A stretch of 64,000 bases of DNA from an uncultured Candidatus Saccharibacteria bacterium (GCA_964503755.1 CAZDBO010000003.1:32686-96685); one strand, 5' to 3'; shown: positions 18,817 to 30,578, counted from the first letter of the stretch. Numbers and translations: made by a program. The notes: generated from the letters alone by a model not told the origin.

Positions 18817-19852
18817 ATGGAAAAAATTTTGATTGACATTGGTTCGTCAACAGTAAAAGTTTATAAACATTCACCGAAAGGGTTGAAACTTTTGATCCAA
18901 AGAAGCGTCGCTTTCAAAGAAGGATTTGATCCAGAAGGAGGAAATTTCTACCTTGTCAAAAAGAGAACTTTTCGAATTAATAGCTTCTGTCAAAAAGGAA
19001 AACAAAGAATGTCTCATAAAAACTTATGCTACAAGTATTTTTAGAAGCCTAACTCCTGAAGCAAGAATTGCTTTTATTGATGAGTTTTTTATCCGAACCG
19101 GTTTATTTTTTAATATTATTAGCGAAGATTTGGAAAACTTTTATTTGAAAATGGCTTTAGTTAGCAAATGCTTACTTAATGAGCCTGTTTTGTTGATAAA
19201 TATTGGCGGAGGTTCTACTGAATTCGTGGTTATATATGGCAAGGAAGCTGTGGAAAGAAAAAATATCAATTTAGGTGTGGGCACTATAAATACAAACTTT
19301 CCCAAAATTAACGAAGAAATCTCAAAAGTATCATTACAAGAAGTAGTAGATTTTGTTAAAGAAAACCTACCTGACTTGTCTAATAAAGTTAGAATTACTT
19401 TTTATACTGGCGGAGAGTTAAATTACATGCGATTGGCAAATTATGCGTTAAAGCCGAACAAATTGTTCGAAGATCCCGATCATCCATTTATGATATCAAC
19501 AACTGATTTTGTCAAACGAAATGAAGATATTTTCAAAAAAATTTCATTAAAAGAACTAGAATCTCTTATGCCCGATAATCCAAAATGGATGCACGGTAGA
19601 AGAGGTTGCTCGACAATGGCTCAAGCTATTTGTCAAAAGTATCAAGTTAAAACAATTATACCTTCAAATTCAAATCTGATAAATGGTGTTATAAGACAAG
19701 AATTTAGATATGTCACGATAAACGGTAGTTTTAGAAAACATTATTACATTTTGGATATTAAGAAGAAATTAGAGGCTCAAGGTACGAAGGTCCTTAGTCT
19801 AAGATTTACAGAGCCTAAAAATCCGGGAGAAGAATTTGTAATTTTCAGTTGA
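18817..19852 (+). pseudogene. Ppx/GppA-family phosphatase with apparent +1 frameshift near 18930-18960 (possible pseudogene or sequencing error)
   Basis: N-terminal MEKILIDIGSSTVKVYK (actin-like fold motif 1) is in frame 1; LLINIGGGSTEFVV (motif 2) and the rest are in frame 2; the ORFs overlap 18926-19044. Confidence 0.5.
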
Positions 19853-19861
19853 GAAGAAGAA

Positions 19862-20065
19862 TTGAATCCTCTTGAGTTGGAAAGACATCATTTAAATTCA
19901 ATCTCTAAATCTGACGCCTTGATTGTTTGTGATCCTGAGTGTTATGTTGGTGCCTCAACTTTGTTGGAAATAGGATTTGCAAACGCAATCGACAAAAGAA
20001 TCATATTCGTGGAAAAACCGAAAGAGTTTATACTTAATACTTTACCAATGGAAATTGGAATATAA
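19862..20065 (+). CDS. Small ORF in frame with and directly downstream of the Ppx-like ORF (separated by TGA); nucleoside 2-deoxyribosyltransferase-like C-terminal motif
   Basis: SDALIVCDPECYVGASTLLEIGFANAIDKRIIFV resembles the C-terminal half of a PF05014-like Rossmann domain; TTG start; in-frame TGA at 19850. Confidence 0.3.
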   Translation: MNPLELERHHLNSISKSDALIVCDPECYVGASTLLEIGFANAIDKRIIFVEKPKEFILNTLPMEIGI

Positions 20066-20131
20066 ATTGCTGGCGGTGCGCTAGCCTCACTTGCAAAAAA
20101 TTTGGCAGCAGGAAAAAGAAACTTTACAAAC

Positions 20132-20205
20132 TGGCTGCCAGACTAGGATTCGAACCTAGACTAAGGGATCCAGAGTCCCCTGTCCTACCATTAGACGATC
20201 TGGCA
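20132..20205 (-). tRNA. tRNA-Gln (anticodon CTG)
   Basis: Reverse complement TGCCAGATCGTCTAATGGTAGGACAGGGGACTCTGGATCCCTTAGTCTAGGTTCGAATCCTAGTCTGGCAGCCA; U1:A72, G73 typical of tRNA-Gln. Confidence 0.8.
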
Positions 20206-20246
20206 ACGATAATATTATATTATAGTATTCAGTAAATATTCAATGT

Positions 20247-22010
<1,764 letters not shown>

Positions 22011-22044
22011 TTTTGAACTAGGAATCGATTTATAAAAACTAAGC

Positions 22045-22500
22045 TTATCTATTGAATATTTTAATATTATTCAACAATGGAATATTAAGGTGTTCTCCCG
22101 AATAGGCCTTAATTATACCCATAACTACAAATACAAAGTAACCAATATACCATAAACACCCGACCACCGTGACTAACAACCCAGCAACGATGTCCGGATT
22201 AGAAATCATGTTTCCGTTACTTAAAACAGTAAAAAAAGATAAAACAAATGAAATAAAAAATGTAATTACAGTATTCAAACAACAGAAAAACAAGACATTT
22301 GTAATCTGCAAAATAAACGCATTATTTACATGATGTCTTGCAAACGAATTGATTCTTATATCCGGTACCAAAAGCGGTACAAAAAATAAAATATATGCTA
22401 GAGCTGATAGCAAACGTACATTTCTTTGAGATGTTTGATTTGATTGAAAAATATTCGTACCATATTCTTTATGATTTAGATTGTTTTGATCCATAAACAA
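22045..22500 (-). CDS. Hypothetical membrane protein (4 TM)
   Basis: 151-aa hydrophobic ORF. Confidence 0.4.
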   Translation of the reverse strand: MFMDQNNLNHKEYGTNIFQSNQTSQRNVRLLSALAYILFFVPLLVPDIRINSFARHHVNNAFILQITNVLFFCCLNTVITFFISFVLSFFTVLSNGNMISNPDIVAGLLVTVVGCLWYIGYFVFVVMGIIKAYSGEHLNIPLLNNIKIFNR

Positions 22501-22543
22501 TTACTACCAAAAATTAAACCAATACGCAATACCCAAAATTTCT

Positions 22544-23080
22544 TTATATTTTAGCTATTTGTGTAACGTCCAGTTCAACAGGCACTTCTCTACCAAGTAT
22601 AAATAAAAGTAATTGAACTTTTCCATTATTGTAATTGATACTTATAATCTTACCCTTTGAATCTTTTAAATCACCTGATACTACTTGTACCAAATCTCCC
22701 TCAGCAAAGTTGATTTTATAAGATGATTGTGTTTCTGATAATGAATCTTTTATTTTTTGAACCTCTTCATTTGAAATTGGTATTGGTTTTTTACCTGTAC
22801 CCACAAAATTTACAACACCCTTAGTATCACGCACTAATGGCCATGTATGATCATTCAAAACCATTTTAACCAATATATAACCCTTTATAGGTTTTTCATA
22901 AACCTCTACCTTTTCTCCTTTTTTATTTAAAATTATTTTTTTTTGTTTTGGTATATATATCTCTTCAAAAAATTCCCAAAGTCCTGCGTTTTGAGCTCTT
23001 ACCTTCAGTAACCCAGCTACACTATCTTCATAGCCTGAAGTTGTGTATATGATGTACCACTTATATTTATTTCCTTCCAT
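22544..23080 (-). CDS. nusG: Transcription termination/antitermination factor NusG
   Basis: NGN domain KWYIIYTTSGYEDSVAGLL, KOW motif GDLVQVVSGDLKDSKGKI; adjacent to secE; start at MEGNKYKWY (ATG 23078-23080). Confidence 0.85.
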   Translation of the reverse strand: MEGNKYKWYIIYTTSGYEDSVAGLLKVRAQNAGLWEFFEEIYIPKQKKIILNKKGEKVEVYEKPIKGYILVKMVLNDHTWPLVRDTKGVVNFVGTGKKPIPISNEEVQKIKDSLSETQSSYKINFAEGDLVQVVSGDLKDSKGKIISINYNNGKVQLLLFILGREVPVELDVTQIAKI

Positions 23081-23087
23081 AGTCAAA

Positions 23088-23384
23088 TTATATCTTAATA
23101 ATATAGCTTGTGATAGTTGAAACAACAGTATCTATGCCCAAAAATATTATTGAAGCAACAACAAGGAAGAACACAATCAATATTGTGTATTTAATTACAG
23201 AAGATATTTTTATCCACTCAACGTTATTTAATTCCTTTATTGCACCACCATAAATAGCAAAATTAAACAACCATATTAGAAAAAATATCACAACAGCAAC
23301 AAAAGCAACAAACAAATTTGAATAGAATGGAGGTAGTTGACGCCCACCAAGTATAAACTTTGTTATTTCAACAGTCCAATCCAT
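23088..23384 (-). CDS. secE: Preprotein translocase subunit SecE
   Basis: 98 aa, three TM helices, classic secE-nusG arrangement. Confidence 0.7.
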   Translation of the reverse strand: MDWTVEITKFILGGRQLPPFYSNLFVAFVAVVIFFLIWLFNFAIYGGAIKELNNVEWIKISSVIKYTILIVFFLVVASIIFLGIDTVVSTITSYIIKI

Positions 23385-23469
23385 AAATATATACTAAAGA
23401 AGTATAGCATGCTTTAATTTCTTTACAACATATCTTTACATAAATGCTAAAAAAATCTATTATTTTCAT

Positions 23470-24267
23470 ATGAAAAAATTTGAACTACCTCAATTAACAT
23501 ACGGATATCAGTATTTTGAACCATTTGTAGATGCTGTAACAATGGAAATCCATCACACAAGACATCACGCTGGATATATTAACAAGTTAAACGAATTAGT
23601 AGAAGAAAACAAAGTTCTGCAAAAATACAAAACTGCATCAAAAATCTTACGTAAATTTTCAAAACTCCCACCCGGTGTTCAAGATGGAGTAAGAAAATTT
23701 GCTGGTGGTCACTGGAATCATCTATTTTTTTGGACAATACTTTCTGCTGCAGACCAAGAACCAGCAAAGCACGGTCCAACAATATATAAAGCAATATTAG
23801 AAAACTTCGGCTCATTTGAAAATTTCAAAGAACAATTCACAAGTGCTGGAATGTCACTTTTTGGATCAGGATGGGTTTGGCTTGTTGCTCTGGATTATTC
23901 TTTGGATTTGGAAATAATAACAACACCAAATCAAGATTCACCGTTGATGGATATTTATCCTAATATCTATCGACCCATTATCGGATTAGATTTATGGGAA
24001 CACTCTTATTATTTACGTCATCAGAATAGAAGAGACCAATATATTTCTCATTTTTGGAGATTTATAGACTGGATGCAGGCTGATCTAAATTTTTTAAGTC
24101 TTACTGGTTATCGCATTTCCATGGGAAAGAGAGCTTTTAATGATTTGCTTGACAAATCAGCAAAAATGCATGTTGATGAATTTATAAGAGAAGAAAAGAA
24201 AAGGCTAGCCAGAAAGCTCAAAGAAAAATATAGTACAGATATAGATGAAAGTTGGTTAAATCCGTAA
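23470..24267 (+). CDS. sodA: Fe/Mn superoxide dismutase with C-terminal extension of about 60 aa
   Basis: HHTRHH, FAGGHWNHLFFW, DLWEHSYYL metal-ligand motifs. Confidence 0.9.
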   Translation: MKKFELPQLTYGYQYFEPFVDAVTMEIHHTRHHAGYINKLNELVEENKVLQKYKTASKILRKFSKLPPGVQDGVRKFAGGHWNHLFFWTILSAADQEPAKHGPTIYKAILENFGSFENFKEQFTSAGMSLFGSGWVWLVALDYSLDLEIITTPNQDSPLMDIYPNIYRPIIGLDLWEHSYYLRHQNRRDQYISHFWRFIDWMQADLNFLSLTGYRISMGKRAFNDLLDKSAKMHVDEFIREEKKRLARKLKEKYSTDIDESWLNP

Positions 24268-24558
24268 ACTCTATTCAGTATAAACAATTAGAATTTGTCT
24301 AAATATAAACTCTTTTTATTTTTAATGTGAATACAGTAATCAGCAGATTAAGACCTCCTCGCTTTTTCTGGAAATAAATACATTGCAAAATAACTATTAA
24401 AATTCAAAAAATAACTTTTCTTTATATATAGAAATATTTACAAAGATGAAAATCTCGTTAATTTTATTATAGAATTATTTATTAGATTATATAATTTAAT
24501 AAATCGAACCAAAAAACATTGAGAACTCAACCTAAAATAACATTTTCAAATTATTTAA

Positions 24559-25218
24559 TTAATTATATACTTTATTAAATAACGAAGTCACTTTTTCCTT
24601 GTTCAAATATAAAAGCAATAACAAAATTAAAACTCCAAAAATATAAAAATAATCTTCCATACTTTTCAGGTATTCTATCGCAACATTTATATTATCTTTA
24701 AAGTACCAACCAATAAAAATATAAACAGCATTTCTTATCGTGCCACCCAAAAAAAATATAATCAGAAATCTTAAAAAGTTGTATCTTATTGCACCACTCG
24801 TCAAAGCTATTAAAATACTCGGCACTATAGGAAAAACTCTAATTAAAAAAAGATAAATTTCATCACGATAGTTATTATTTAATTTGCTTTGGAACTCTTC
24901 TATCCTACTCCATCTAATACCAGTAAGCCACGAAGTCTTATCGACAATCCATTTACCACCAAAATAAGCAGCAAAATACCAAAACAATGCACCTAAAGTT
25001 GCGCCAATGGACGCTATAAAAGACAAAAATAATAATTCTAAAAAGAAATTAGCATCAAAACTATTATACTTAAACATTACAATTGCCCCTGTCATCAATA
25101 AAACAACAGCTGATGGTATAGGAGCAATCAATTCTTCTAACAAACTACCAAAAAAGACAAATGGATATCCATAAATCCTTATATTCTCAACAACAAAATC
25201 AGTAATCTTAGAAAACAT
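24559..25218 (-). CDS. DedA/SNARE-associated (TVP38) family membrane protein
   Basis: 219 aa; GYPFVFFGSLLEELIAPIPSAVVLLMTGA re-entrant loop region typical of DedA. Confidence 0.5.
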   Translation of the reverse strand: MFSKITDFVVENIRIYGYPFVFFGSLLEELIAPIPSAVVLLMTGAIVMFKYNSFDANFFLELLFLSFIASIGATLGALFWYFAAYFGGKWIVDKTSWLTGIRWSRIEEFQSKLNNNYRDEIYLFLIRVFPIVPSILIALTSGAIRYNFLRFLIIFFLGGTIRNAVYIFIGWYFKDNINVAIEYLKSMEDYFYIFGVLILLLLLYLNKEKVTSLFNKVYN

Positions 25219-25221
25219 TAC

Positions 25222-25617
25222 TTATAAATTTGATTTAATCATTTGGCATACAGTTTGTAATTCTTCATCAGTAGCTTTCGTTCCCTTTTTCTCTGCGTCA
25301 GATGGAGTCATTGTAGGTATTAAATGTACGTGCAAATGATTTACCAAATATCCTTCTATCATCAGAACGATCCTGTTACAATCAAAAGTTTTTTTTAACA
25401 CCCTTGAAATATTTTTCACAACTTTCATTACTTCAATATAAACATTGTCTTCACATTCAATAAAATCAGAATAATGATCTTTAGGAATCACTAAAACATG
25501 GCCGCGTGTCTTTGGAAATATATCTAGAAAAACCTTTACAAATTCATTTTCAAATACAGTATAAGATTTAATTTCACTTGATACAATTTTGCAAAATAAA
25601 CAATCTTTTTGTATCAT
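25222..25617 (-). CDS. HIT (histidine triad) family nucleotide hydrolase
   Basis: HLHVHLIP histidine triad, CLFCKI N-terminal motif. Confidence 0.85.
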   Translation of the reverse strand: MIQKDCLFCKIVSSEIKSYTVFENEFVKVFLDIFPKTRGHVLVIPKDHYSDFIECEDNVYIEVMKVVKNISRVLKKTFDCNRIVLMIEGYLVNHLHVHLIPTMTPSDAEKKGTKATDEELQTVCQMIKSNL

Positions 25618-25626
25618 ACTCTACTC

Positions 25627-26034
25627 TTATTTTAGTTTATTAAGTAAAAAATTTAAAACTTCCTCTGGTACAGGCATACAGGAAAGTCTTGGATTTTTAA
25701 CTAAAAGAAATTTAAGATTTTGTGATTTAACAAAATTTTTTATCTCAGATAATGTAACGAATCTATCATATTTTTTTACAAATTCCACATCAACTACCCA
25801 CGAATATCTAGTATCATCAGTATTTTGATAAGGTTCAGATATAACTCTAGCTAAACCAACTATGGCTTTATCGCTTTGAGAATGGTAAATAAAAACCATA
25901 TCTCCAATTTGCATACTTTTAATAACATTAATTGCTTGATAATTGTGCACTCCATCCCATCGTGTGACACAATCTTTCTGTAAATGATTTATGCTATATG
26001 TATCCGGATCTGTTTTAAATAGATAATATTTCAT
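25627..26034 (-). CDS. EVE (PUA-like) domain protein
   Basis: YYLFKTDPDTYSI...WDGVHNYQAIN...GDMVFIYHS pattern of the EVE/Thy28 family. Confidence 0.7.
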   Translation of the reverse strand: MKYYLFKTDPDTYSINHLQKDCVTRWDGVHNYQAINVIKSMQIGDMVFIYHSQSDKAIVGLARVISEPYQNTDDTRYSWVVDVEFVKKYDRFVTLSEIKNFVKSQNLKFLLVKNPRLSCMPVPEEVLNFLLNKLK

Positions 26035-26086
26035 ATATTTCTAAAGAGTAATATAATACAGCTGATTTATCAAGATTTTAAAAATC

Positions 26087-27559
26087 ATGCAAACCAAATC
26101 TAAACTAAATCCAGAAACAAAATATAAAAAATGGGAAAAGATTTTTAACTATGTATTTTCACCCATTCTTTTAATAGCTTTATTGATATTAACTTTTTTC
26201 TATGCACAAGGACTTAGATACGATAATGAAGAAAGAAAACTGACCCCTATCGGCAGCATAAAGACACAAGATGTAAATGATGCTGAAATATTTATAAATG
26301 ATGAAAAATATGGTGACACAAATAAAATAATTGAATCAACTAAAATTGATGCAGATGATCCCCCAATCAAAATTAATATCAAAAAACAAGGAAGAAAAAC
26401 TTGGGAAAAATATATAAAACCAAGATCTGGATATATGATAAGCATATATCCAATCTTATATCCCGAAACTGCTAATTTCTCACCTATCTCTGAAGCACGT
26501 AAATTCTATCCTTCAAAAGATAATGCTAATTTTTTAATTTATGAAAGAATAATTGAAGATAAAATATATCTTACAAAATATAGCGTTATCACCCAATTAA
26601 TATTTTCTCGACAAGAAGAAACACCTATAGCTGAGATAACTGATTTAATACTAGAAAGAGAAAATGAACTAATAAAAGAAAACAAATACAATCTTTTTAT
26701 ATCAAACACTGGAAACTACTTTGTTTTACATAATTTAGATAAAAACAAAATTTATTTCATTAGTGATAACAATATAAAAGAAATACAAAATATAATACCA
26801 GCAAATCTCAGTGATATTACCTGGAGTCCCGACGATAAATATATAATTTTAAAATTTGCTAACGAAATCTTTACTTACGATCATGCACAGAACAGATTTT
26901 TTGTACTTTATAAATCTACTATTCCAGCAGATATAATATTTGTGGGGTCTGATGGACTAATTATTAGTTATAAGGAAAATAATCAACCTCAAAAATCTTT
27001 TATCGAATTAACATATGATGGTAGTAAGCAAAATGTATTAAAAGAGAATTTATTCATTAATCAGGATACAAGAAAAATCTATCAGATAGGCAAAAAGTAT
27101 ATATCCGAATTAGCAAACAAAATTTTGTATGGCGATATAGAAAAAAATCGTATTATCAGAGAATTTCAATTTAACAACAGCAACATCTTCAAAATAGATT
27201 CGATGAATGAAATATTAATTATCAAACAAAATGAAAAATTATTATTTTTTGATTTGAAAAACGAGATGAATACAGAATATTCAATTGAATACTCCGACAT
27301 CACACTATTTAATAACAGTTATTCGGCTTTTTATTTTAATGATAAATTCCTTCATTTTTTTGATACTGATGGAACAAATATTTATACATATACTCTAGAT
27401 AAAGAAGTCCTGTCAGCTCATGCCATCAAAAATAGAGATAATGTAACTTTTTTTATTATACAAGAAAAAACAATTTCACCTAATCCAGATGAAATTTTAG
27501 TCATTGATGCAAAAAAGATTAATATTTATGAAATAAAGAGGTTTGATTTTAAAAATTAG
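26087..27559 (+). CDS. Hypothetical N-terminally anchored protein with PEGA-like segment and beta-propeller-like repeats
   Basis: N-terminal TM; QDVNDAEIFINDEKYGDT resembles the PEGA motif; repeated ITWSPDDKYII / FVGSDGLII style blades. Confidence 0.4.
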   Translation: MQTKSKLNPETKYKKWEKIFNYVFSPILLIALLILTFFYAQGLRYDNEERKLTPIGSIKTQDVNDAEIFINDEKYGDTNKIIESTKIDADDPPIKINIKKQGRKTWEKYIKPRSGYMISIYPILYPETANFSPISEARKFYPSKDNANFLIYERIIEDKIYLTKYSVITQLIFSRQEETPIAEITDLILERENELIKENKYNLFISNTGNYFVLHNLDKNKIYFISDNNIKEIQNIIPANLSDITWSPDDKYIILKFANEIFTYDHAQNRFFVLYKSTIPADIIFVGSDGLIISYKENNQPQKSFIELTYDGSKQNVLKENLFINQDTRKIYQIGKKYISELANKILYGDIEKNRIIREFQFNNSNIFKIDSMNEILIIKQNEKLLFFDLKNEMNTEYSIEYSDITLFNNSYSAFYFNDKFLHFFDTDGTNIYTYTLDKEVLSAHAIKNRDNVTFFIIQEKTISPNPDEILVIDAKKINIYEIKRFDFKN

Positions 27560-27779
27560 ACTTATTAAAACTTGCTACAAATTCTTCATTCTCATCTAAT
27601 TTAAAAATTATCATATTTTTCGATACAAGACCTTACAAATTGTAGATTATATAAGTAATATAGGTACAAAGAAAATTTTTATAATTTTTATAGTACAAAA
27701 AAATTTTCTAAAATTTTTTAATTTTTTAATTTATTAAGGATCTTTATTGAAAAAATAGAAAAAGTAATATTTATATAAA

Positions 27780-28478
27780 TTATTTTGTACTAAACGCAAC
27801 CAAACGTCCTCTTACCACTAATCTATGAGTATCAAAACCAGGAGGATAACATGTTTGCAGTGTAGCAAATCTACCATCCTCATCGACATTAAAATAACTA
27901 CGATCGTCCGCTTCTATTATTCGAATAGAGTCGACGAAATAATCATATTGCCTGCCTTGATAAAAAACAGTAAACAGATCTCCTCTTTCCAACTTTGATA
28001 AAAGTGTAAACTGTGCATTGTATCTCCACATATCTTGTACATTTCTTGTGGAATGAGAGAAAAAGAATGCATTACCATAATCACCGGGTACCGCTGAACC
28101 ACGTGCCCAAGCTATTCCCTTTTTCATAGCTTCCTCTGATTCAGCATCGTTATTTATATCATTCACAACAAATACAATATCATTAACACCAATTTTGGGT
28201 ATAACAAGTCCAAAATCACGATTTTTAGGGTTATCGACATTATGTATAGGATATGCTTTTACTTCTGGTATATCTTCAACTCTTCTTTTTGCTAAAAGAT
28301 CTTCAAATTTGGGCGCATTACGCGATCTTTCATCGAAAATCTGCATAAAAGCATATCTAATTTCATGATAAAATATAGGACCATAAAAAAGTATTATCCA
28401 AAAAATGCCTAAAATCATTATAGTATTTAAAGTTATCAGGATAACCGTTTTTTTTCTTTTTTTATTGGCTTTTATCAC
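27780..28478 (-). CDS. Sortase family transpeptidase (N-terminal TM anchor)
   Basis: LERGDLFTVFYQGRQYDYFVDSIRII (beta6/beta7 region), catalytic ATLQTCYP (TLxTC) and downstream conserved Arg (HRLVVRGRL). Confidence 0.75.
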   Translation of the reverse strand: MIKANKKRKKTVILITLNTIMILGIFWIILFYGPIFYHEIRYAFMQIFDERSRNAPKFEDLLAKRRVEDIPEVKAYPIHNVDNPKNRDFGLVIPKIGVNDIVFVVNDINNDAESEEAMKKGIAWARGSAVPGDYGNAFFFSHSTRNVQDMWRYNAQFTLLSKLERGDLFTVFYQGRQYDYFVDSIRIIEADDRSYFNVDEDGRFATLQTCYPPGFDTHRLVVRGRLVAFSTK

Positions 28479-28537
28479 AATATAAATTATACCATCTTCA
28501 ATGTATTTGATATAATATGTTGAATCAATAAATGAAG

Positions 28538-28613
28538 CGCATGTAGCTCAGTTGGATAGAGCAAGGCACTCCTAACGCCTAGGTCGTAGGTTCGAGTCCT
28601 ACCTTGCGCGCCA
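28538..28613 (+). tRNA. tRNA-Arg (anticodon CCT)
   Basis: GCGCATGTAGCTCAGTTGGATAGAGCAAGGCACTCCTAACGCCTAGGTCGTAGGTTCGAGTCCTACCTTGCGCGCCA; one U.U mismatch in the acceptor stem. Confidence 0.75.
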
Positions 28614-29610
28614 TACTATCATTTATATTATCCAGTAGAATAAATATTCTTTTTGTTGTAATTACTAAACTTTTTATTGTATAAAGAATTGTTTCGTCAT
28701 TATCTAATTCTTCGTTTCTAATGAGAAGATTTGTTTTTAAAAAATTTATTTGATTTAAAATTTGATTCGACACCAAAATAGATATACTATTAGAAAAATT
28801 TTTATCAACATTTTGCAAGCTAAGTAATGAAAAAATTATTCTTTCAATATTTATAAGATATTTATAAATTTCAAACAAAAATATTATATTTGAGTCAGCA
28901 AAAACATATTTAAATTTTAAGGTATAAGACATAAATAAACTATTTTCCAGATCTTCAAAAAAGTTCTCTGAATAGTTATTATGTAAACTATTACTTTTCA
29001 CTGGTATTAAATAATTTAATTTTTCTAGATGCTTTAGAGAATCATTAATCTGAATAAAAATCTGCTCAACCTCGCCCACATTGTCTCTTTCAGAATTGTT
29101 TGATACGTATATTGATTTGTATTTTTCTGTTGTATACTTGAACACCTCAACTAATTCATTAATGTTTTTATAGAGGAATAAATATCCGACAACAATAAGA
29201 ATATGGTTAACTCTCAAAAACTTTAATACACTTTCCAAGCTTGTTGTTTTTTTATCTTTTTTATCTTTATGTCCTACAAATTGAATAAACTTTGATGGAT
29301 TATGCGGAAATTCAATTTCGTCATAATTTGACTTGTTCACAAGAGATTTTATTATTTCAAAAATAAATTCAAAATATAGATCTTGCAAATCTGATGATAA
29401 CCAAAGTTTCGTAATGTGATTTAGATATTTATTATTTTTCATTAATTTATCTATTGATAAAATGAGAATTGATGCCGTTACCGAATCTATATTCCCATGC
29501 AACAGAAGAACCCTAATATACAACTTTAGTATATTTAGATGATTAATAATCATATTTTCACGTATAAAATATCTCAATTTTTTATCTTTCATTAACTTAG
29601 AATATAACAA
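28579..29610 (-). CDS. Hypothetical all-helical protein (orphan); 3' end as called overlaps tRNA-Arg on the opposite strand
   Basis: 343-aa ORF; the last 11 codons (...ARKVGLEPTT) are the antisense of the tRNA, so the true C-terminus is uncertain. Confidence 0.35.
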   Translation of the reverse strand: MLYSKLMKDKKLRYFIRENMIINHLNILKLYIRVLLLHGNIDSVTASILILSIDKLMKNNKYLNHITKLWLSSDLQDLYFEFIFEIIKSLVNKSNYDEIEFPHNPSKFIQFVGHKDKKDKKTTSLESVLKFLRVNHILIVVGYLFLYKNINELVEVFKYTTEKYKSIYVSNNSERDNVGEVEQIFIQINDSLKHLEKLNYLIPVKSNSLHNNYSENFFEDLENSLFMSYTLKFKYVFADSNIIFLFEIYKYLINIERIIFSLLSLQNVDKNFSNSISILVSNQILNQINFLKTNLLIRNEELDNDETILYTIKSLVITTKRIFILLDNINDSMARKVGLEPTT

Positions 29611-29670
29611 TATATCTTTATTATCAATTTAGTTTGATTTATTGAATTGATATGATATTATTCAGTCGTA

Positions 29671-30525
29671 ATGGCATTATCAATAAAACCAGAGGTATTA
29701 TTTAGTATTGGCAATTTTGAAGTCACAAATTCGTTTATATCTTATATTTTTATAATTTTATTAACTTCATTTGTTTATATTCTTATTTCAAAAAAGATAT
29801 CTATTTATCCTAAATCTAAATTAGGTTTAGGATCAGAGATTATTATTGAATCATTAAAAAAGACATGCGAGGATGTCGTGGGCTCAAAAATAACTAAAGA
29901 AATATTTGCCTTCATTTTCTCATTCTTTGTATTGATATTATTTTCAAATCTATTTGGTCTCATGCCATTTACTGGCTCTATCGGTATCGCTCATCCCAAA
30001 GACGACTCAAAATCAGTATCTTTAGGATCCGTATATGTAATCGAACTAGAAAATACTAGTCATATTAGTGAAGAAAAAAATAAGTTTGAAATTATTCCAT
30101 TTTTTAGATCACCTTCTGCTGATTTAAATTTCACAGTATCAATGGGTATAGTTACATTTTTACTAATACAAATCACAGCATTAAAACATGCAAAAATCGA
30201 GTATTTGAAAAAATTTTTTGATTTAAGAGTACCGATATATAATGGAATCAAAATAGTACTTACTCCAATAATGTTTGTTATTAATATATTTTGGCGATTA
30301 TTAGAAACGATACTAGAACTTTCAAAACTTATTTCTTTTTCATTCCGTCTCTTTGGAAGTATATTTGCAGGAGAAGTACTGTTGTTTGTTATTACTTCCT
30401 TAACATTAGGTATAGGTACTTTGCTAATATTTCCAATAGAAATATTTGTATCTTTTATTCAGGCATTTGTTTTTATATTTCTGACAGTGGTATTCATTAA
30501 GGTAGGTATAGATACTCACCATTAA
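29671..30525 (+). CDS. atpB: F0F1 ATP synthase subunit a
   Basis: Conserved RLFGSIFAGE (essential Arg helix) and 5-6 TM helices. Confidence 0.85.
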   Translation: MALSIKPEVLFSIGNFEVTNSFISYIFIILLTSFVYILISKKISIYPKSKLGLGSEIIIESLKKTCEDVVGSKITKEIFAFIFSFFVLILFSNLFGLMPFTGSIGIAHPKDDSKSVSLGSVYVIELENTSHISEEKNKFEIIPFFRSPSADLNFTVSMGIVTFLLIQITALKHAKIEYLKKFFDLRVPIYNGIKIVLTPIMFVINIFWRLLETILELSKLISFSFRLFGSIFAGEVLLFVITSLTLGIGTLLIFPIEIFVSFIQAFVFIFLTVVFIKVGIDTHH

Positions 30526-30578
30526 TGATGCGTAAATAAATATTTGCACATAAACAATTAATTGATAAAATACGAGCG

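Noticed and set aside
19850-19852. In-frame TGA between two same-frame ORFs as evidence for an alternative genetic code (TGA=Gly, code 25, as in Gracilibacteria/SR1)
   Set aside because: TGA functions as a stop elsewhere: the rpmG stop overlaps the next ATG as ATGA, and atpF/atpH use the same ATGA overlap. Large conserved genes (valS, pheT, fusA, nrdJ, atpA/D) are intact under the standard code without internal TGA readthrough.
24340-24375. Terminator-like 'gacctcctcgc ttttt' after sodA
   Set aside because: It shares the GACCTCCTCG half-site with the hsp20 terminator but has no complementary partner arm nearby, so no hairpin can form.
27560-27779. AT-rich, low-complexity intergenic stretches checked as possible CRISPR arrays
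   Set aside because: No regularly spaced direct repeats of 24-40 nt. Only poly-A/T and short simple repeats. No cas genes in the window.
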